Positions 58,640 through 64,000 of a DNA stretch of 64,000 nt are shown here, in pieces. Made by a program: the position numbers and the translations under genes. Within the stretch, counting starts at the first letter, position 1. Every line of letters begins with the position of its first letter. Location: assembly GCA_024231215.1 (NCBI GenBank), contig JAAEQR010000206.1:3112-67111 (forward strand), written 5' to 3'. The notes beneath the pieces are model-generated. The model was not told the DNA's origin, made no database searches, and saw only the letters and a list, made by a program, of their open reading frames with translations. Source of the stretch: PVC group bacterium. Lineage in GTDB: Bacteria; Omnitrophota; Gorgyraeia; B26-G9.

Positions 58640-59367
58640 AATTCCAATTAATAATAAGAGGACGCAACTGCACAAAGTACGTTAAAAAATGTCTTGATTC
58701 GGTGTTAGCACAGACACATAAGGATTGGAAAGCAACTGTATGCCTCGATGCTCCTACGGATAATAGTTATGAAAAAGCTATAAAATATACGAAGGATAAA
58801 AGAATATCTGTATATCGCAACAAAAAACGGCTTGGTGTAGCACACAACATGGTAGAGACTATAATGTTAGCAGCACCTGACGACACCGATATATTAGCTA
58901 TAGTAGACGCGGACGATGAAATACCAAAAAATGCTTTACATATGGTAAATAAAGAATATGAAAAGAACCCTCTATTGAGATTGACGTATGGCTCTTTCTG
59001 GCGGTTGGACAAGAAGAGACGTACGAAGACGAGTAGAAGATATAAGAGCAATGTTAGTGTTAGAAAACAGGATTGGCATGGGAGCCATTTAAAGACGTTT
59101 CGCTATGATCTATACAAACGTATTCCACACAGGTATTTTAAACATGACAACAACAATAAGTGGTTTATGGCGGCGTCGGATTTGGCTCTCATGTTTCCTC
59201 TGTTTGATTTGTTAGGTGTTGATCGGTATAAAACACACACGAAATACGTAAAAGAAATAACGTATAAATGGAATAGAACATCGGATAAAACGCGAGGGCA
59301 TGAACAATACAGGAACAAGCAATTGATTAAGAAAAAGAAACCATTGAAGAGGTTGGAGCATGTGTAG
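58630..59367 (+). CDS. family-2-like glycosyltransferase (GT-A)
   Basis: N-terminal LIIRGRN...CLDSVLAQTHKDWKATVCLDAPTDNS ... AHNM resembles the GT2 core (S..Q.....e.i.vDD.S.D ... N.G). Confidence 0.5.
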   Translation: MEMKFQLIIRGRNCTKYVKKCLDSVLAQTHKDWKATVCLDAPTDNSYEKAIKYTKDKRISVYRNKKRLGVAHNMVETIMLAAPDDTDILAIVDADDEIPKNALHMVNKEYEKNPLLRLTYGSFWRLDKKRRTKTSRRYKSNVSVRKQDWHGSHLKTFRYDLYKRIPHRYFKHDNNNKWFMAASDLALMFPLFDLLGVDRYKTHTKYVKEITYKWNRTSDKTRGHEQYRNKQLIKKKKPLKRLEHV

Positions 59368-59662
59368 CAGTTGCGATCAAAAAGAAAAGTGTGACAAGAA
59401 AAATAAGACAGAACTACCGAACAAATACATTAAGGATGTTGTGGGTGTGTTTGCCGATTGGCTGAAAAAGGAAGCGCCCAATATGATTAAGAAAGGTGAG
59501 CTGAATAGGAGATGTTATTCTATCAATAGAAGCTTTAAAACAAAAAGGCAGGCCATGTTTTACAATCCACTGAAAAGAGATGCAGAAAAATTTAAAGGCG
59601 TGTCAGTGCATATGCTAGTGGAATTTGATTTTGAAAAGATTCCAAAGATGGAGGATGAGTGA
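59360..59662 (+). CDS. small Cys-containing protein (100 aa)
   Basis: MCSSCDQKEKCDKK N-terminus. Overlaps neighbours. Confidence 0.4.
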   Translation: MCSSCDQKEKCDKKNKTELPNKYIKDVVGVFADWLKKEAPNMIKKGELNRRCYSINRSFKTKRQAMFYNPLKRDAEKFKGVSVHMLVEFDFEKIPKMEDE

Positions 59663-60045
59663 GTACAATATTATTTTCAGGGAGATTTGACAGGCCGCAT
59701 ATAGGGCATATGATTACTATTGGCAGGTTGGGACAGCAATATGATAAGGTAATTATTGTGGTGTTGGATTACCCAGAGCAGAAGTATCCAATAGATGAGC
59801 GGGTAAATACTTTGCGTAATGCTCTGTACCTAATGAGAATGAGAGGATCATATCAAATTGTGGTCTCAAAACACCATTTTGGTGAAATAGAGACAAAACA
59901 ATTAAAAGAAGAAATCCCCTGGTTTGATGTGTATGGCAGTGGCAATAGAGAGGTTTTGGAGAATATGAAACAAAATATATATCCAACACAAAGAGTAGAA
60001 CACATACCCCGATACCCCGGATATTCAGCGAGTGAGGAAGGGTGA
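59659..60045 (+). CDS. cytidylyltransferase-family nucleotidyltransferase (TagD/LicC-like, HxGH motif)
   Basis: ILFSGRFDRPHIGHM matches the (T/H)xGH signature of the cytidylyltransferase superfamily (GtFDllHaGH). 128 aa. Confidence 0.55.
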   Translation: MSTILFSGRFDRPHIGHMITIGRLGQQYDKVIIVVLDYPEQKYPIDERVNTLRNALYLMRMRGSYQIVVSKHHFGEIETKQLKEEIPWFDVYGSGNREVLENMKQNIYPTQRVEHIPRYPGYSASEEG

Positions 60046-60821
60046 AAACACTATTGGTATTATCGGTAGGCGTAGAATTTGGGTGGCTGCTATGCACTTT
60101 TATTCCAGCTATACGTTACAAATCACGTGGATATAACAGGACAGTAATTGTATGCGACCCAGAACATAGATACTTATACCAGGATTTTGCAACGGATTTT
60201 GTGAATTATAATAAGAAGATAGAGGGTGTGGGCTACTATGGCTGGTCTCCGAAAAAGAAACTAAAAATGCCAAGAGGAATATCAAGAAAATATCCAGGGG
60301 CTAAAATAATAACACCAACAAAAAAAATATGCACTGATGCACCAATGGTGTATTATAAGTATGGAAAATATAATGACAAATTGCATTCAGATATAATTAT
60401 TCATGCACGGTCTGAGGCAAAATTCAACAGAGAGAAACGAAATTGGCCTATACACCATTATGTAAAACTAATTAAAAAGCTGAGGGCACACAGGGATTTA
60501 TCTGTGTGTTCGGTGGGGACGAAGGAAGGCGCGCACCATATACCGGGCACATTGGATTTGAGAGGAATCCCATTAGAGGCGTTGTGTAATAGAATGGCGA
60601 GTAGTTCAGTAGTTGTAGGTTGTAGCTCGGGGCCTCTTCATTTGGCGAGTTTGTGCGGATGCCCCCATGTGGTATGGACTGACAAGAAATATCAGGAAGC
60701 GATTAAGGGTACAAATAAGGATAGGTATAAAAAATTGTGGAACCCATTCGGTACACCGGTGAAAGTTATAGATGTGGGGTGGCAACCGAGCATTGAGGTT
60801 GTTTATGAGGTATTAAGATGA
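60042..60821 (+). CDS. putative GT-B glycosyltransferase (GT9 heptosyltransferase-like)
   Basis: ASSSVVVGCSSGPLHLASLCGCPHVVW resembles the GT9 motif (gnDSGpmHlAaA.g.P.v.l). Confidence 0.4.
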   Translation: MKTLLVLSVGVEFGWLLCTFIPAIRYKSRGYNRTVIVCDPEHRYLYQDFATDFVNYNKKIEGVGYYGWSPKKKLKMPRGISRKYPGAKIITPTKKICTDAPMVYYKYGKYNDKLHSDIIIHARSEAKFNREKRNWPIHHYVKLIKKLRAHRDLSVCSVGTKEGAHHIPGTLDLRGIPLEALCNRMASSSVVVGCSSGPLHLASLCGCPHVVWTDKKYQEAIKGTNKDRYKKLWNPFGTPVKVIDVGWQPSIEVVYEVLR

Positions 60822-60991
60822 AAGATGATATGAAAAAAACTACAGGGGTGTGTGATTCGTGTGGAGACAAGGAGTGCATAGAATGTGGTAGTAAATTACA
60901 CATAATAGAAATAAGTTTTTATAATGACGAAGAAGACAACGCCTGTTTGTGTAGAAGATGTTTAAGGAGTGCTTTGGAGATGTTGAAATGA
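60818..60991 (+). CDS. small Cys-rich protein (57 aa), paralog of the 61097-61297 gene; not in ORF track
   Basis: CDSCGDKECIECG...CLCRRCLRSALEMLK, compare ...CSICI...WICKDCLKKALEALK. Frame and stop verified by hand. Confidence 0.35.
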   Translation: MKDDMKKTTGVCDSCGDKECIECGSKLHIIEISFYNDEEDNACLCRRCLRSALEMLK

Positions 60992-61089
60992 AAATAACGT
61001 TCTGCGGAAATAATAGAAAATGGGGTGGTGTGGCGATCAAAGATATTTATGATTTCTTGTATTGTCAAGATTGTTTGAAAATTTTATAA
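60988..61089 (+). pseudogene. truncated duplicate of the N-terminus of the downstream glycosyltransferase (33 codons)
   Basis: MKITFCGNNRKWGGVAIKD..., compare MKITFFGNNKKWGGLANNG at 61294. The nucleotide similarity is visible directly. Confidence 0.5.
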
Positions 61090-61096
61090 GGGAATT

Positions 61097-61297
61097 ATGC
61101 CAAGAGAAGTAAACCAAAAAAACTATTATCAAGGCCCGGACAACGGTGCTATATATTATCAGGGTGAAAACGAATGTAGTATATGCATTACCCAAACAGA
61201 TGTAGTGGCATTAGAAAATGATATTATAGATGATAATGGTCATTTGATATGGATTTGCAAAGACTGCCTAAAGAAAGCGCTGGAGGCGTTAAAATGA
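61097..61297 (+). CDS. small Cys-rich protein (66 aa)
   Basis: CSICI...ICKDCLKK. Stop overlaps the glycosyltransferase start (ATGA). Confidence 0.4.
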   Translation: MPREVNQKNYYQGPDNGAIYYQGENECSICITQTDVVALENDIIDDNGHLIWICKDCLKKALEALK

Positions 61298-62265
61298 AAA
61301 TAACATTTTTTGGAAACAATAAAAAATGGGGTGGCTTGGCCAACAATGGGGGTAGTCGAACCATACTCCTAAGTGCTGAGACATTGCGTGAATTAGGACA
61401 CGGGGTGAATGTAGTAGCATGTAGTGATAAATTTACATGGTTTCCACATCCACCAATTAAGCATAAGGTATCAAGCAATACAGATGTTGTAATTGCTATA
61501 TCAATAAGTGATGTTAAAGATATAATGGATAAGTATCCGGGTAAAAAATTAGCGTATTGGGCTCGTCCGTGGGAGAGTTGGCATAGTTCAGAAAAGAAAT
61601 GCCTTAAATTGTTAAAAAGGTTTAGATTGTTTGGCGGGACAATAATGGTTAATAGTGGCTGGCAGAAAGATTATTTAGAAACTAAAAACATTACAAGCCA
61701 TTTGGTGTATTCAGGACAGGATATAGAATGGAAGATGGAGTCGGGTTACAATCAACCGTATGATAGGATGGTAATAGGCTGCCAATATTCAAGTAAACCA
61801 CGTAAGGGCTGGAAGGAATTTAAAAAGATAGCCAAGTTATTAGGTGATAAATATGAATATGTAGCCTTTGGGTCTGAGAAGTGTAAGAATAAATTTATAA
61901 GCAGATATCTTAGAAATCCAGCAAGGGAGAAATTGAATGAATTTTACCGATCAATGGACGTATTTTTCATAGGAAATCAACTTGAAGGTTTTCTAAATGT
62001 CGGCTCTGAAGCAGTAATCAACGGCGCTTTGTTAATATGTAATAGCAATCCAAGAAGTGGAGCACATGACTATTGCAATGAAGAAACAGCGCATATGTAT
62101 AATTATACTGGTGATGGTAAGCGCACAGGGCTATTAGGTTTTCAAATAATGCGAATAATGGACAATTTAGATTTTACAAAAGTAGCCAAATGCCAAAAAT
62201 TAATACGTGAGAAGATTGGTACGAGAAAAAAGAATATGGAGAGGATGATTGAGGTGTTGGAATAA
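61294..62265 (+). CDS. putative GT-B glycosyltransferase (GT4-like)
   Basis: Start at MKITFFGNN (61294) is preferred over the 61249 ORF start. Gly-rich N-terminal Rossmann-like segment GGLANNGGSRT. 324 aa. Confidence 0.45.
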   Translation: MKITFFGNNKKWGGLANNGGSRTILLSAETLRELGHGVNVVACSDKFTWFPHPPIKHKVSSNTDVVIAISISDVKDIMDKYPGKKLAYWARPWESWHSSEKKCLKLLKRFRLFGGTIMVNSGWQKDYLETKNITSHLVYSGQDIEWKMESGYNQPYDRMVIGCQYSSKPRKGWKEFKKIAKLLGDKYEYVAFGSEKCKNKFISRYLRNPAREKLNEFYRSMDVFFIGNQLEGFLNVGSEAVINGALLICNSNPRSGAHDYCNEETAHMYNYTGDGKRTGLLGFQIMRIMDNLDFTKVAKCQKLIREKIGTRKKNMERMIEVLE

Positions 62266-62636
62266 TGGCAATACTATGTTTTTTTTATATGGGAAATTGT
62301 GCGCATTGCAAAAAAAAGAATGTGGAATGTGTGTATTTAGAAGAAGATTATGAGGATAAAATTATCTATCTTTGCAAAGAGTGTTTTGGCGAGGCATTTA
62401 AAAAAACTAATTATGTTATAAAACAATGTGATCACGGTAACTGTTGCCTTCGACAGCCAGAGGACGAATGGTTTGTCAAAGAAGACTTAACTGAATGTAT
62501 ACATATAAGCAAAAATTTTGATTATTATTTATGCAAAAAGTGTGTAAAGGAAAAGGTTGAAAAAGTTAACAAACATAAATTTGATGGGAAAAGTCTGTCG
62601 CCAGCAGAATATGAGGGGCCTTGGGGAGGCTTTTAA
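62265..62636 (+). CDS. Cys-rich protein (123 aa) of the same small-protein family
   Basis: CAHCKKK...YLCKECFGEAFKK...CDHGNCC...YLCKKCVKEK repeats the (W/Y)(I/L)CK.C motif. Confidence 0.45.
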   Translation: MAILCFFYMGNCAHCKKKNVECVYLEEDYEDKIIYLCKECFGEAFKKTNYVIKQCDHGNCCLRQPEDEWFVKEDLTECIHISKNFDYYLCKKCVKEKVEKVNKHKFDGKSLSPAEYEGPWGGF

Positions 62637-62654
62637 TTTAATGGAGGATATTTT

Positions 62655-63272
62655 GTGATTAAACTAAGCGGACATTTAGTAAGGAAGCCAAGAGCGCAGA
62701 TAGCAGCACCTGTAGATGGGTGCCACAGAAACGGATCTGACGGTTTTTTGAAGGGGGCTCATGCTATGTACCTTAATGGTAAGCTTTTCATGCCACATGG
62801 GATGGTGTCTATATATTATTACACAAGTGGTGACAAAGGATTAAAAATATACGTATCTGCAAAACATGGATGGCATAGCAAAAAGAAGTATGTAAGAGCT
62901 GTTAGAAATCGAATGAAGAAATATCATGAGAAAGGTATTTGTCCTAAGCCATATAAAATAATATCGGTAGAGGTAGACTTTAATTATAAAAACAAAGCTG
63001 TCTATCACAAAAAGGTATGGGGTTTAGAGGTAGATCATTGTTTTTGGCCGGAAGATTTTGAGGATTACGCAAATGGCTACCCATTAACTTGGTGTGAGGG
63101 AAAGTATCCCGGCTACTCTCCAGAGGGATTCAAGAAGTTCAAGAAAAAATTAGATAAAATACTGTCACACGAGGATAAGAAAACACTAAGAAAGCTTGGT
63201 GACTCATACAAATGTGGAGATGTAATGTACTGTACTAAAAAACTAAAATGGGAATTTGTGGATTTGGGCTAA
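62655..63272 (+). CDS. hypothetical protein (205 aa)
   Basis: Intact ORF with SD-like GGAGGATATTTTGTG (GTG start possible). Confidence 0.4.
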   Translation: MIKLSGHLVRKPRAQIAAPVDGCHRNGSDGFLKGAHAMYLNGKLFMPHGMVSIYYYTSGDKGLKIYVSAKHGWHSKKKYVRAVRNRMKKYHEKGICPKPYKIISVEVDFNYKNKAVYHKKVWGLEVDHCFWPEDFEDYANGYPLTWCEGKYPGYSPEGFKKFKKKLDKILSHEDKKTLRKLGDSYKCGDVMYCTKKLKWEFVDLG

Positions 63273-63435
63273 TATATGAACAAAACCAAAGACGGGATAC
63301 AGCAACTCAAAATGTCTGAGTTGCAAGAAATTGCAAGAAGAAGCGGCGAAGAGAAGGAGGCAAGCATGATTATAGAGCTTAAAAAGGAGATGACGAAATT
63401 TGACAAGCTAATTTTAGAAGCGCAGAAAAATATTT

Positions 63436-64000
63436 ATGAGATACTCTAAAAAACATAAGAAGCTATTTGTTCACATACCACGTTGTGCAGGCAAATCAAT
63501 AGTTGTAATGATGAAATCTCATTACAAAGATGTAAGGCTTGTAAATAAGTCGTGGACTCATTCCAGACTTAAAGACGTGCGGAAGAATATCGATCTCTCT
63601 AAATACGAGAAAATAGCAGTGGTAAGAAATCCCTGGGAACGAATGGTAAGCTTATATTGTTTTCTTAGGCAGAGAAAAGCTTGGTTTGACACCAGAAAAG
63701 GGAAGAAAGTGTTAAATAAGAATATGCCTGAATTCACTGACTGGCTTATAAATTACGGAAAGAAATCACACAATATAAAAACATCTGACACCCCACAATT
63801 TGATTGGGTTTCATTGAATGGAAAGGTAGCGGTTGACCATCTCATAAGATATGAAAAGTTAGAAAAGGGTGTTAAAAAAGCATTTGGATTCTGTGATTTG
63901 GCGGAGTCACACACAACTTATCATTCACACTGGAAAACATACTATAATGAAAAAAGTGATAAATACATAAGAAGAATATTTAAGAAAGATATTGAGGTGT
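63436..64000 (+). CDS. sulfotransferase-family protein (partial, runs off window end)
   Basis: N-terminus LFVHIPRCAGKSI matches the Sulfotransfer_2/3 start (fvHIPKtgGTS, PAPS 5'-phosphate loop). Confidence 0.45.
   Translation, partial: MRYSKKHKKLFVHIPRCAGKSIVVMMKSHYKDVRLVNKSWTHSRLKDVRKNIDLSKYEKIAVVRNPWERMVSLYCFLRQRKAWFDTRKGKKVLNKNMPEFTDWLINYGKKSHNIKTSDTPQFDWVSLNGKVAVDHLIRYEKLEKGVKKAFGFCDLAESHTTYHSHWKTYYNEKSDKYIRRIFKKDIEV

Noticed and set aside
61249-61293. Extended N-terminus (MDLQRLPKESAGGVK) of the GT4-like gene
   Set aside because: It would overlap the upstream small gene by 49 nt in another frame. The downstream ATG at 61294 gives the duplicated MKITFFGNN start.
1-64000. Lysogeny/mobility genes (integrase, excisionase, transposase) and an endolysin
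   Set aside because: No catalytic motifs for Tyr/Ser recombinases or lysozyme/amidase/peptidase folds were recognisable by eye. Absence cannot be proven without profile searches.

Overview
The window reads as most of a low-GC (roughly mid-30s %) tailed dsDNA phage or prophage genome, with genes tightly packed and frequent ATGA-type start/stop overlaps. No tRNA, rRNA, CRISPR array, integrase or transposase was recognised. I see two transcriptional blocks.

(1) A long + strand block. It runs from small and large terminase subunits (52.6-55.2 kb), through a large glycan-biosynthesis/decoration locus (55.9-64.0 kb, which appears to continue at 1-8.3 kb), to a sigma70-like promoter, a roughly 220-nt ORF-less leader and an intrinsic terminator (8.3-8.6 kb). 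Structural genes follow at 8.6-35.6 kb: a putative portal, a scaffold-like acidic protein, a putative major capsid protein, and several very large repeat-containing tail and virion proteins. The glycan locus holds at least 6 glycosyltransferases, 3 methyltransferases, 2 sulfotransferases, an NAD-dependent epimerase, a cytidylyltransferase, a LicD-family transferase and a kinase-like protein. That the locus is one unit interrupted by the window origin is an inference.

(2) A - strand early/middle block at 35.6-52.0 kb. It contains:
- a classic pentapeptide-repeat protein;
- a protein carrying about 30 copies of a 12-bp in-frame tandem repeat;
- a recombination module of a VRR-NUC nuclease, a YqaJ-type exonuclease and a single-strand annealing protein;
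- an HNH endonuclease;
- several small Cys-rich proteins;
- a terminal three-gene module of a PncA-like nicotinamidase, a vWA-domain protein and a eukaryotic-like Ser/Thr kinase-like protein.

The two blocks diverge from a 375-bp control region (51992-52366) rich in palindromes and direct repeats.

The strongest candidates for something new are the phage-borne sulfation/methylation/phospho-decoration glycan pathway and the nicotinamidase-vWA-kinase module, which could act as a counter-defence or host-takeover unit. Every functional call rests on motif recognition by eye. No database search was possible, so all products are provisional.
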